Below, piece after piece: positions 16,144-25,070 of a DNA stretch of 64,000 bases (positions are counted from its first letter, which is position 1; every line of letters starts with the position of its first letter). Made by a program: the position numbers and the translations under genes. The stretch lies in the NCBI GenBank assembly GCA_044227005.1, contig JBGAFZ010000010.1, positions 3,285 through 67,284 on the forward strand, written 5' to 3'. Origin of the DNA: Aggregatilineales bacterium. Lineage in GTDB: Bacteria; Chloroflexota; Anaerolineae; Aggregatilineales; Phototrophicaceae. The notes below the pieces were generated by a model. It made no database searches. It saw nothing but the letters and a program-made list of their open reading frames with translations, and was not told the DNA's origin.

Positions 16144-17673
16144 ATGTTCATTACGACAACCTTTGATGCCCTGCTCAAACATGTAAGCGGCCTTAGTGAC
16201 CTGCTTTCTACAAGCAATAAAGATTTCAACACATGGGTATCAGCCCTTCCACGTAGTTATCAGGCAGCGAGGACGCGCTTCCGCCAAATGACACTACTGC
16301 GGCGATTCATGCTGGCGAGCTTCATCATTTTGATCGTGGGGATGCTGGGGGTCGGGGCGTGGGTGGGCAACCAGATTGAAGCGGGAGTGGTACACCGTAC
16401 AGCGCTGACCACTACTTTATATGTAGACAGTTTTATCGCGGAACATCTGCAAAATATCACGGCAGAAGGCACTATATCGGATGCGGAAATCGCTACCTTA
16501 AACAATCTGTTGAAGGATACACCGTTGGGACGACAGATCGCGGCTTTCAAGGTGTGGGAACCGGATGGTCGCATCCTTTATAGCGCTAATCCAGCGATTA
16601 TCGGCCAAACGTTTCCAATCGAGAGTGGATTAAGTGCGGCGTTGGCGGGGAATGTTTCGGCACGCATCAGTGATTTGGATGATGAGGAAAATGTGCTGGA
16701 ACGCGAATTACGTCCGCACCTGCTGGAGATTTATAGTCCGGTGCGCAAACATGGCAGTGACCGGATTATCGCGGTGGCGGAGTTTTATCAATTTGTGGAT
16801 GGGTTGGACGAGGAAATCAGTCGGGCGCGGTGGCAAACATGGCTGGTGGTGGGTGTGGCGACGATCACGATGTACTTCTTGTTGGCGGGATTCGTAGGAC
16901 GGGCAAGCAAGACTATTCAACGGCAGCAGAACGCTTTGAATTATCAAATCGGCCAATTGATGGAATTGATCAGCCAGAATAAGGAACTGCATGACCGCAT
17001 CCGACGGGCATCGGCACGGGGGGCTACGGTGCAAGAGCGTTTCCTGCGACGGGTCAGTGCCGAGGTGCATGATGGGCCGGTTCAAGAGGTGGGATTGGCG
17101 CTGCTGAAATTAGATAGTGTGATGGAACAGCTTGAGGAAAAGCCGCAAGCGCGACCCAATCTGGCTGATATGGAAACGGTCAAAGGGTCGGTGGAACGGG
17201 CATTGACCGAACTACGGGCGATTTCGGGCGGGTTGGGACTGCCGGAGTTGCAAGGACTGACATTAACGGAAACGGTGAAGCGGGTGATCCGCGCCCATGA
17301 ACGGCGAACGGCAACCGTGGTCGAAGCCAAGCTGGGGCAACTACCGGATAGCACTCCCCTACCCTTGAAGATCACCGTGTATCGGGTGATCCAAGAGGCA
17401 CTAAATAATGCGTTCCGGCATGGTGGCGGGATCGGGCAGCGGGTGCGGTTGGAGTTCAACAACAGCACCATTCAGCTAGAGGTATCCGACGGCGGGGCGG
17501 GATTGAAATCGGCAGCGCCAGCCGTGAGTGATATGGGTGAACATCTGGGGGTTGCGGGGATGCGCGAGCGCGTGGAGAGCCTCGGCGGGGTGTTCAAGAT
17601 CGAAAATCAACCCAGCAAAGGGGTTCGGGTGCTGGCGAGTTTACCATGTCAAGCGAGTGAGGGCTGCGTATGA
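16144..17673 (+). CDS. Sensor histidine kinase, NarX/LiaS-type (HisKA_3)
   Basis: Two TM segments flank an extracytoplasmic domain of about 180 aa. H-box AEVHDGPVQE, ATPase motifs QEALNNAFRHG, DGGAG and GVAGMRERVESLGG. Stop overlaps the regulator start. Confidence 0.85.
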   Translation: MFITTTFDALLKHVSGLSDLLSTSNKDFNTWVSALPRSYQAARTRFRQMTLLRRFMLASFIILIVGMLGVGAWVGNQIEAGVVHRTALTTTLYVDSFIAEHLQNITAEGTISDAEIATLNNLLKDTPLGRQIAAFKVWEPDGRILYSANPAIIGQTFPIESGLSAALAGNVSARISDLDDEENVLERELRPHLLEIYSPVRKHGSDRIIAVAEFYQFVDGLDEEISRARWQTWLVVGVATITMYFLLAGFVGRASKTIQRQQNALNYQIGQLMELISQNKELHDRIRRASARGATVQERFLRRVSAEVHDGPVQEVGLALLKLDSVMEQLEEKPQARPNLADMETVKGSVERALTELRAISGGLGLPELQGLTLTETVKRVIRAHERRTATVVEAKLGQLPDSTPLPLKITVYRVIQEALNNAFRHGGGIGQRVRLEFNNSTIQLEVSDGGAGLKSAAPAVSDMGEHLGVAGMRERVESLGGVFKIENQPSKGVRVLASLPCQASEGCV

Positions 17674-18314
17674 CTGAGAAAATACGGTTGGTTATTGTTG
17701 ACGATCATCCGCTGTTCCGCGAGGGCGTGGCGAGTATCTTGAGCGGCAAAGATGACTTTGATGTAGTGGCGCAGGGTGATAACGGTAATGAGGCGGTGGA
17801 ACTGGTGAAACAACATTCACCGGATATGCTGCTGCTGGACATTAATATTCCGGGTGGTGGGCTGACGGTGGTGAGTAAGATTGCGGCGTGCTGCCCTGCT
17901 ATTAAGATCGTGATGCTGACGGCTTCTACCGATGAAGACGATGTGATGACAGCGCTCAAGACAGGAGCGCGGGGGTATATTCTGAAAGGTGTGGCGGCAC
18001 GAGAATTGGTGTCGATTTTACGGGGTATTCGGGAAGGCGATTCGTATATCACCCCGACATTGGCGGCGAGCGTGCTTTCGGATATGGTGCGACCGGTGGT
18101 GGTGAATGAACCACCTAATCCACTGGCTGATCTGACCGTGCGCGAACGGGAGGTGCTGGAATTGATCGCATCAGGGAACAGTAACCGTGAGATCGGGAGC
18201 AAGTTGTTTCTGAGCGAGAAGACGATCAAGCATTACGTGACGAATATCTTGCAGAAGCTGCATGTGCGTAACCGTGTGGAGGCGGCATTGGTGGCGAAAA
18301 CGGTTCAGTCCTAA
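17670..18314 (+). CDS. Response regulator, NarL/FixJ (LuxR-type HTH) family
   Basis: Receiver domain (VIVDDHPLFREG ... LLLDINIPGG ... KIVMLTAS) plus C-terminal LuxR HTH (REREVLELIASGNSNREIGSKLFLSEKTIKHYVTNILQKL). ATGA overlap with the kinase gene. Confidence 0.9.
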   Translation: MTEKIRLVIVDDHPLFREGVASILSGKDDFDVVAQGDNGNEAVELVKQHSPDMLLLDINIPGGGLTVVSKIAACCPAIKIVMLTASTDEDDVMTALKTGARGYILKGVAARELVSILRGIREGDSYITPTLAASVLSDMVRPVVVNEPPNPLADLTVREREVLELIASGNSNREIGSKLFLSEKTIKHYVTNILQKLHVRNRVEAALVAKTVQS

Positions 18315-18374
18315 GGGGCTGATGTGGGCGAAATGACGTATTATGGTAGGCATTATCAATAGCCCACAAGGAAC

Positions 18375-19223
18375 ATGATTTTGAAAGCAATCGGTGAGCA
18401 GACGGTTTTGATTACGGGCGCGACGGATGGGTTAGGCAAAGCGACTGCGCTGGCACTGGCGCGGTTGGGCGCACGGGTGCTGATTCATGGGCGGGATGTG
18501 GGACGGTTGGCGGCGGCGAAACAGGCGATCATCGAGGCCAGCGGGAACGATAAGGTTGAGACGTACTGCGCTAATCTGGCAGCACTGGCCGAGGTGCGGT
18601 CATTGGCAGGAACGATCGAGGCAGCGCATCCGGCACTGGATATGCTGATTAATAATGCAGCGTCGGGTGGTGGCAAACCGGGGGACTCACGGCGCGAATT
18701 GAGCGTGGATGGGTATGAAATCCGGTTCGCGGTGAATTATCTGGCACCGTTTTTGCTGACGCGGTTGCTATTGCCGTGTTTGCGGCAGGGCGCACCGAGC
18801 CGCATTATCAACGTGAGTTCGGCAGGGCAACGCGCGATTGACTTCGATGATGTGATGATGGAACGGAATTACGAGCCGTTGGATGCCTACCGTCAAAGTA
18901 AGCTGGCGCAGATTATGTTCACGTTTGATCTGGCGGAACAGGTGCGCGGCAGTGGGATTACGGTGAACGCACTGCATCCGGCGACCTTGATGCCTACCAA
19001 GATGGTGCAGGCGTATTTCGGGCGGACGATGGAAACGCTGGAGGATGGCGTGGCGTCGATGTTGAAGGTGGCGACTGATCCGGCGTTAGATGGGGTGAGC
19101 GGCGTGTATTTTGATCATCAGGTGGAAGCGCGGGCGAATGATCAGGCATATGATGCTGATGCGCGGCGGCGGTTGTGGGAACTCAGCGAACGGCTGACAG
19201 GGATCAATCAAAAGCAAGATTGA
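18375..19223 (+). CDS. Short-chain dehydrogenase/reductase (SDR)
   Basis: TGATDGLGKA (TGxxxGxG), NNAA, and catalytic YRQSK (YxxxK). Confidence 0.85.
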   Translation: MILKAIGEQTVLITGATDGLGKATALALARLGARVLIHGRDVGRLAAAKQAIIEASGNDKVETYCANLAALAEVRSLAGTIEAAHPALDMLINNAASGGGKPGDSRRELSVDGYEIRFAVNYLAPFLLTRLLLPCLRQGAPSRIINVSSAGQRAIDFDDVMMERNYEPLDAYRQSKLAQIMFTFDLAEQVRGSGITVNALHPATLMPTKMVQAYFGRTMETLEDGVASMLKVATDPALDGVSGVYFDHQVEARANDQAYDADARRRLWELSERLTGINQKQD

Positions 19224-19330
19224 ACCGCAGAGGGTACAGAGAACAGAAAGCGAAAGGCTTCTACCACAGAGGTACAGAGAACAGAAAGCGAAAGGCTTCT
19301 ACCACAGAGGCACAGAGAAAGCAAAGAGGA
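19224..19330 (+). repeat. Dispersed/tandem repeat: ACCACAGAGGTACAGAGAACAGAAAGCGAAAGGCTTCT twice, then ACCACAGAGGCACAGAGAAAGC
   Basis: Starts right after the SDR stop codon. Shares the ACCACAGAGGCAC core with 6697-7108 and 15181-15345. Confidence 0.8.
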
Positions 19331-19371
19331 GAGGACACGGGTATGCCCTCTCTGCGTGAAGGGTTAGGTTA

Positions 19372-20376
19372 TTACCACGCGAAAGCCTGTGGCGCAGGCG
19401 CATTGTTCTTCAGTTGGCGACCGGTATTGATATTAAAGATTTCGTTGAGGCGGCTGATGTGGGTCGGGTCAAGCTGGAGTTCGGCGGCACGATCCAAGCC
19501 ATCGAGGTGGGCGGCGGTACGCGGGCCGACAATAGCTGAAGCGACGGCAGGGTTCGAGAGTACCCATGCGATAGCGACGACGGCTTCTTGCTCACCGATT
19601 TCCTGACACAAGGCGGAAAAGTCGGTTAGCTGCTGATTGTTACCCAAGTCGAGATCGTATTCTTTTTCGACCTGTGCGGAGCGGGTACCAGCATCAGCTT
19701 TGCGCTTGCCTGTGAGCAATCCACCACCGAGCGGCATGTAGGGGATGATGCCGATGCCGAAATCACGTGCGGCGGGAAAGACTTCTAATTCAGGATAGCG
19801 ACTGAGCAGATTGTACTGGCACTGCTCGGAAACGAAGCCAACCATGCCATGCTGTTGGGCGTACATTTGGTATTTGGCTAAGCCCCAACCGGGGTAATTA
19901 CTGGTGCCCATATAGAGGACATCGCCGCTATTGATGAGGCGGTCAAAGGTCGTCCAGAATTCTTCGAGGCTGATGCGCTCGTCAATGTGATGCACTTGAT
20001 AGAGGTCGATATGATCGGTTTGGAGACGCTTGAGCGAGTCGGCGGCATGTTTGCGGACTTTGTAGGCGGATAGGCCATGTTCCTCGTTGGGCGCTGGTGT
20101 TCCGGTCATGGCACCATAGACTTTGGTTGCCAAGACGGTTTTATCACGACGTCCCCCGCCCTGCTGGAACCAGTTGCCGATGAGTTCTTCAGTGCGTCCG
20201 CAGTAGACATCACGACCATAAACGTTGGCGGTATCGAAGAAGTTGATGCCCATGTCGAGGGCTTTATCCATGATGCGATAGGATTCGTCATCGGGTGTTT
20301 TGGTACCGAAATGCATGGTTCCAAGGCAAATTTTGCTGATGGTCATGTTCGAGCGACCGAGCTTGGTGTATTGCAT
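19372..20376 (-). CDS. Aldo/keto reductase
   Basis: MQYTKLGRSNMTISKICLGTMHFG N-terminus, DTANVYG, and the typical AKR length (334 aa). Confidence 0.85.
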   Translation of the reverse strand: MQYTKLGRSNMTISKICLGTMHFGTKTPDDESYRIMDKALDMGINFFDTANVYGRDVYCGRTEELIGNWFQQGGGRRDKTVLATKVYGAMTGTPAPNEEHGLSAYKVRKHAADSLKRLQTDHIDLYQVHHIDERISLEEFWTTFDRLINSGDVLYMGTSNYPGWGLAKYQMYAQQHGMVGFVSEQCQYNLLSRYPELEVFPAARDFGIGIIPYMPLGGGLLTGKRKADAGTRSAQVEKEYDLDLGNNQQLTDFSALCQEIGEQEAVVAIAWVLSNPAVASAIVGPRTAAHLDGLDRAAELQLDPTHISRLNEIFNINTGRQLKNNAPAPQAFAW

Positions 20377-20530
20377 GGTTTTCTCCTCTGAATAAATTGT
20401 TTTGGTGTTTTCAGTATGAGTATGATCGGGATCAAGTTTCTTTCCAAGTAGCGGTGGTCTGTGCGGTTATGATGAAGCGGAGAAATGGTTAATGACTATA
20501 CGAAGAAACCGTGTTAGGTGGAATCAAAAA

Positions 20531-20551
20531 GGGAAGGCACGCGACCTTCCC
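20531..20551 (-). terminator. Intrinsic terminator for 20577..21215 (bidirectional hairpin)
   Basis: GGGAAGG-CACGCGA-CCTTCCC. On the minus strand it is followed by CTTTTTGATT. Confidence 0.7.
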
Positions 20552-20576
20552 TTTATTTCAAACAAGGCGCTCGATA

Positions 20577-21215
20577 CTAGATAGGAATTGCTACACCGGG
20601 TTCAACATTAGCGCAGGGTGCTTCATAGCTACGACGGAACGCTTGCACAGACTGCGGAGCAAATGCAAATCGCGGTTCAAAGGTCAGAGTCGATGTACTG
20701 AGATTGATTGAAGTTACGAAACCCCAGACTTTATGATCGTCCGTCAACCAGACCACCATACCGACGCTGAAGCCATCACAGGCATTACCTGTCGCCAAGG
20801 GAGCTTGATCGTACTTAAAGTCTTTGGTGACTTCGAAGCACATATCGTTTTGCTTGCCCCATTCGTCAAAGCCGATCAAGCAGAGTTGGTGGCTACCCTT
20901 CTCTGAGTCAATGGTCACACCCCATAACTGCATCGGGCCATAAGTCCCCTGCCCGTCACTCTCGACTTTGGTATTCTGACCAGACTTATCCATGGCGGCA
21001 AAGGCAGCGGCTACATTGTCTTGCGGCCAATTCCACAATTTTTCACCGGTCTTGTTTAAGAGGGTGCAGCCATCCACTTGATTGCAGAATAAGGTGTCGC
21101 CACCGAAATGATATGGGGGACGGTTGATGCGTCCGTCGTCGGCTGAGACAACGCTCACCAAGAGTATTAATAGTGCCAAGAAGGCAACAACTGTTAAGTT
21201 CCGTTTTGAAAACAT
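20577..21215 (-). CDS. Secreted Cys-containing protein of the 'DDGRIN' paralog family (copy B)
   Basis: Signal peptide, then ADDGRINRPPYHFGGDTLFCNQVDGCTLLNKTG ... LCLIGFDEWGKQNDMCF. Confidence 0.75.
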   Translation of the reverse strand: MFSKRNLTVVAFLALLILLVSVVSADDGRINRPPYHFGGDTLFCNQVDGCTLLNKTGEKLWNWPQDNVAAAFAAMDKSGQNTKVESDGQGTYGPMQLWGVTIDSEKGSHQLCLIGFDEWGKQNDMCFEVTKDFKYDQAPLATGNACDGFSVGMVVWLTDDHKVWGFVTSINLSTSTLTFEPRFAFAPQSVQAFRRSYEAPCANVEPGVAIPI

Positions 21216-21347
21216 GTGTGTATCTCCTTAAATCATTAACGCTATAGTTTTAGTATATGCCGAGTATTGATTTATTTAATTAACGTTAAACAATCTTAAT
21301 TATTCAGCGGTTTATCGAGGCACAAGATGGATATGGGGAAATAAAAA

Positions 21348-21370
21348 CAGGAGCCGTATGATGACTCCTG
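21348..21370 (-). terminator. Intrinsic terminator for 21392..21961
   Basis: Minus-strand CAGGAGTCATCATACGGCTCCTG followed by TTTTTATTT. Confidence 0.75.
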
Positions 21371-21391
21371 TTATCGTTTTTACATTGAAGA

Positions 21392-21961
21392 TTAGGTAAA
21401 CGGCGTCTCTTCGGGCGTCACAATTGGGGTGATTTCGGGTGTCACGATCGGGGTGATTTCCGGCGTCACAATTGGGGTGACTTCGCTTGTGGGTTCGGCG
21501 GGCAACTCACTTTCTTGATTTTGGTCACCACTGACAGGCAGCGGTGCGGGTTCAAAGTGATAATCTTTGGTGACGGGGAAGCACATGTCGTTCTTCTTGC
21601 CCCACTCGTCAAAGCCGATCATACAAAGGGTGTTGTTGCCAGTGGTGGCATCCGGGCTGACAACCCAGAGCTGCATCGGTCCATAAGAACCCTGAGCATC
21701 ACCGGAAACCTGTGTGTTAATGCCTGTGCTATCGGTCAAGGCAATGGCCGTACCAATGGCATCTGGCGACCAAGTGGCTAATTCTTTGCCATTCTTATCC
21801 AACAAGGTGCAACCAACTGCTTGACTGCAAAACAGGGTGTCGCCGCCGAAGTGATACGGGGCGTGATTGATGCGTCCGTCATCAGCCAATACGTTGTTCA
21901 GTACCAACAGCGCGAATACAGCGATGGATATAAATATCGAGACATGGCGTTTTGAAAACAT
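21392..21961 (-). CDS. Secreted Cys-containing protein of the 'DDGRIN' paralog family (copy C) with TPIVTPE tail repeats
   Basis: Signal peptide, then ADDGRINHAPYHFGGDTLFCSQAVGCTLLDKNG ... LCMIGFDEWGKKNDMCF. C-terminal (TPIVTPE(I/E))x3 is encoded by a short tandem DNA repeat at 21400-21480. Confidence 0.75.
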   Translation of the reverse strand: MFSKRHVSIFISIAVFALLVLNNVLADDGRINHAPYHFGGDTLFCSQAVGCTLLDKNGKELATWSPDAIGTAIALTDSTGINTQVSGDAQGSYGPMQLWVVSPDATTGNNTLCMIGFDEWGKKNDMCFPVTKDYHFEPAPLPVSGDQNQESELPAEPTSEVTPIVTPEITPIVTPEITPIVTPEETPFT

Positions 21962-22100
21962 GTTTAATCTCCTATCGATTTACACAATGTACTCAGTGTA
22001 AACGAATAATTAATCTACAACATACTTTATTTACTTTATTTACGATAACACAATTAAACGCATATTATTTGAGGTCAGATGAGGGGAGCGGAAATAAAAA

Positions 22101-22118
22101 GGAGGGTCGATGCCCTCC
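22101..22118 (-). terminator. Intrinsic terminator for 22146..22466
   Basis: Minus-strand GGAGGGCATCGACCCTCC followed by TTTTTATTT. Confidence 0.75.
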
Positions 22119-22145
22119 CCTAGCGGAACAGAGGCGCGGCGTCGA

Positions 22146-22466
22146 CTAGATGCGACCGCGTCCACCCTGGCGATAGTTGCGGAGTGAGCCACCAGACGCA
22201 CCCATGCGCATCGGTTCAAAATGTTCACCGGCTTTTTTGACGAGCAGTTTGTGACCATCAAGCATGTGACCATTCAAACTGTCGATGGCGTCCTTGGCGA
22301 CGATGAAGTTTTTCATGGTGACGAAACCAAAGCCTCTGGACAGTCCGGTGACTGCATCAAGCATGATGATGACTTCGCTAAGTTCACCGGCTGGTTCAAA
22401 CAAAGCGCGGATTTCGTCTTCGGTGGTGTTGCGGGATAAGTTGCCGACATAGAGTTCAGTTGTCAT
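22146..22466 (-). CDS. RRM-type (RNP-1/RNP-2) RNA-binding protein
   Basis: RNP-2 LYVGNLS and RNP-1 RGFGFVTM. 106 aa. Confidence 0.85.
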   Translation of the reverse strand: MTTELYVGNLSRNTTEDEIRALFEPAGELSEVIIMLDAVTGLSRGFGFVTMKNFIVAKDAIDSLNGHMLDGHKLLVKKAGEHFEPMRMGASGGSLRNYRQGGRGRI

Positions 22467-22547
22467 GGGGAGGTCTCCTCGAGCTTACAGGAAGGGAAAA
22501 TTGGGGGATGTGCAATCGCGGCGCATGAGTCATGCCGAGAAATAAAA

Positions 22548-22573
22548 ACAGTGCAGGCTTGCACCGGCACTGT
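22548..22573 (-). terminator. Bidirectional intrinsic terminator downstream of 22602..22922
   Basis: ACAGTGC-AGGCTTGCACCG-GCACTGT flanked by an A-run and a T-run. Confidence 0.75.
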
Positions 22574-22601
22574 TTTTTGATGTGATAATCAGGAACGGGT
22601 C

Positions 22602-22922
22602 TTAGTAACGACCGCGTCCGCCGCCACGTGAGTCACGGTTGCCACCACCGTAGCCACCGTTTGAAGGACGTTCTTCACGAGGACGGGCTTCGTTAACGGT
22701 CAGGGCACGGTTTTCCAAGGTAAAACCATTGAAGCGCTTGATGGCTTCTTTGGCGCCTTCTTCGGACTTCATTTGCACAAAGCCGAAGCCCTTGGGACGA
22801 CCGGTGTCACGGTCAGTGATCAGGGCGATTTCTGCGACTTCACCGGCCTGTGTGAACAGGGTACGGATTTGGTCTTCAGTGGTGTCGTAAGACAGGTTGC
22901 CGACATAAAGCTTGGTTGCCAT
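22602..22922 (-). CDS. RRM-type RNA-binding protein with Gly/Arg-rich tail
   Basis: Start ATG 22922 (AGGAGA upstream; the track ORF extends to 22982). RNP-2 LYVGNLS, RNP-1 KGFGFVQM, C-terminal GGYGGGNRDSRGGGRGRY. Confidence 0.9.
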   Translation of the reverse strand: MATKLYVGNLSYDTTEDQIRTLFTQAGEVAEIALITDRDTGRPKGFGFVQMKSEEGAKEAIKRFNGFTLENRALTVNEARPREERPSNGGYGGGNRDSRGGGRGRY

Positions 22923-23185
22923 TTGGCTTCTCCTAGAGTGAAACTGTATATGATTGATAGAGCAAATAAGCTGAGGTGGCAAACAGTGCAGAAGTGAAAC
23001 AGAAGCTCAATGTGCAGTGGAAACCAAGACGTTGCATACCCTACCGTAGATCAGTGTCGCACAGTAATATAAGTACGTATAGGGTCAATATTGGCAAAAT
23101 AGGCACAATAATTTTCACAGCGGTTCTTTAAGGGTCACACAGCAACAATATTCCAGAAGCATGCTGGTGATAATGATGCCCTACC

Positions 23186-23947
23186 CTAGCGCGGTGAAGC
23201 CTGCACCAAGGCTTGATTCTTGGCATGGGTATCGACATAGAAGCGGGTCGATTCGGCGGGAATTTCCCACGGTTGGGCGGTTTGCAGGGCGCGTAGATAG
23301 TCGATGTTGTGGCTGATGAGGGCACGATCCCCGACCGCACCGTGAGCCGGAACGACGACGCGAATCTGATCGTTGGCGTTCCATGTTTCTAAGGCGCTGA
23401 TCCACTGCGGCAGTAAGGCGACGCTTTCGGTATTCAAATAAGGCAACGGTGTTTCGATGGTATCGCCAGCCAGCAGGACACGCCATTGGGGAATCCATGC
23501 GACGATACAATCGGTGGTATGACCGGGGAGCGCGTGGAGTTCTACGGTTAGGCCACCTAAATCCAGCGTGAGCGATTGGGCAAAGGTCATGGTGGGCGGC
23601 AGTATGCGAACCGTATCCCATTGATCGGGTTCCTGCGCTTGTTTTTCGGCGAGGCGTTTGGCGACCTCACCATTGCGGAAGCGTTCGGCGCAGCGTTCGT
23701 GGGCGATGATGGTATCGGGTTTCAGGGCGGCAGTGCCCAAACAGTGATCCCAATCGGCGTGGCTGTAGACCACATCCAGCGGTTTGCTGCCTACGAGTTC
23801 AACGACCTGTTGCATATCGCGGGGCTTGGAGAGCGTGTCCCAGACCAACATGCGCTTTTCACCGACGATGACCGCGCCTCGCACGTCAAAATCAGCCAGA
23901 CTCAATTCGGTGATCCACAAATCGGGGCGCAGTTGTCGCAATTTCAT
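23186..23947 (-). CDS. Metallo-beta-lactamase-fold hydrolase
   Basis: SHADWDHCLG (HxHxDH-type metal motif) with downstream GHT and H residues. 253 aa. Confidence 0.75.
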   Translation of the reverse strand: MKLRQLRPDLWITELSLADFDVRGAVIVGEKRMLVWDTLSKPRDMQQVVELVGSKPLDVVYSHADWDHCLGTAALKPDTIIAHERCAERFRNGEVAKRLAEKQAQEPDQWDTVRILPPTMTFAQSLTLDLGGLTVELHALPGHTTDCIVAWIPQWRVLLAGDTIETPLPYLNTESVALLPQWISALETWNANDQIRVVVPAHGAVGDRALISHNIDYLRALQTAQPWEIPAESTRFYVDTHAKNQALVQASPR

Positions 23948-24140
23948 TCGGCGTCTCCAGCAGTATAAGAATTTTCAGTGTATCAGGTTTGGACGCATGG
24001 ACAAAGTAAGGATCTGGTTGACAAGAATATAGAATGATGCAAACTGAAAATCATGGACGTGCATAGGCAACTTTAGCACTCAAAGCAGCGCAACTTTTGG
24101 TACTCCCTTATAAACCACTGCATCAAGCGAGGAGATCTAT

Positions 24141-25028
24141 ATGTCTTTACAACAACGTGACTATCGGGGCCTACAGGATTGGAACGCCATTGCAAAACTC
24201 GTTCAAGCGGACGATCAGTTTAATCACCGTGTCGATTTTCCGTGGCGGTTGTGTTCTACATCGCTGGAAGATTATCGAAATGCTGCCGTGTGGGAAAATG
24301 AACAGGGACAGATGCAGGTGTTTGCAGCGCTGCAATTCCCGTGGTTGAGTTTTGATTACGCCATACACCCATCGGTTCGAGATCAGGCATTGGAGTTAGC
24401 AGTTGTCCAGTGGGGCGAAACCAGACTCCGCGAAGTTGCTAAGGAAACCAACTCAGAATTTCCGTTCAACATCAGTGCTTTAGCGAGTGACCAAGCGCGA
24501 ATTACCTTTTTAGAGACGCAGGGTTATGTGCGCTGGGATCATTGGATGGTACAGTTCAGACGCAGTTTAAGCGATCTACCCGATGTGCATCTCCCGACAG
24601 GCTTTAGCATCCGTCCATTAGCAGGTGAGCGAGAAGTTGAGGAATATGCCGCACTGCAACGGCGCGCGTTTGATTCAACCACAATGACGGCTTTGTGGCG
24701 TGGGCATACACTTCATGCACCGTTATATAACCCTGAGTTGGATTTGGTGGCTGTCGCGCCAGATGGTCGCCTAGCCGGTTTTTGTATCTGGTGGTATGCC
24801 CCGCATATGAAAGCATCTCAAATTGAGCCGTTGGGGGTTCATCCTGATTTTCAGCAGATGGGACTTAGCCAAGCGTTGATGGCAGAAGGGATGCGGCGAT
24901 CTGCGGCACTTGGTGCTGAAACCGCACTCGTTGAGACCTACAGTTTTAGTGAGCCAGCACTCAAGACTTATGAGACTGCCGGATTTCAGGAAATAGGACA
25001 AGATCTGAAGTTTTACAAAGAATATTGA
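24141..25028 (+). CDS. GNAT-family N-acetyltransferase (two-lobed, about 295 aa)
   Basis: C-terminal acetyl-CoA-binding pattern IEPLGVHPDFQQMGLSQALM. Size and architecture resemble tandem-GNAT enzymes. Confidence 0.7.
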   Translation: MSLQQRDYRGLQDWNAIAKLVQADDQFNHRVDFPWRLCSTSLEDYRNAAVWENEQGQMQVFAALQFPWLSFDYAIHPSVRDQALELAVVQWGETRLREVAKETNSEFPFNISALASDQARITFLETQGYVRWDHWMVQFRRSLSDLPDVHLPTGFSIRPLAGEREVEEYAALQRRAFDSTTMTALWRGHTLHAPLYNPELDLVAVAPDGRLAGFCIWWYAPHMKASQIEPLGVHPDFQQMGLSQALMAEGMRRSAALGAETALVETYSFSEPALKTYETAGFQEIGQDLKFYKEY

Positions 25029-25070
25029 TGGAAGGGAGGCGGTGGCCTCCCCTCATATCAGAAGCGGGAT

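Noticed and set aside
17705-18229. 174-aa minus-strand ORF opposite the response regulator.
   Set aside because: The plus-strand frame encodes a complete receiver plus LuxR HTH. The antisense frame is Ser/Thr-rich with no signals.
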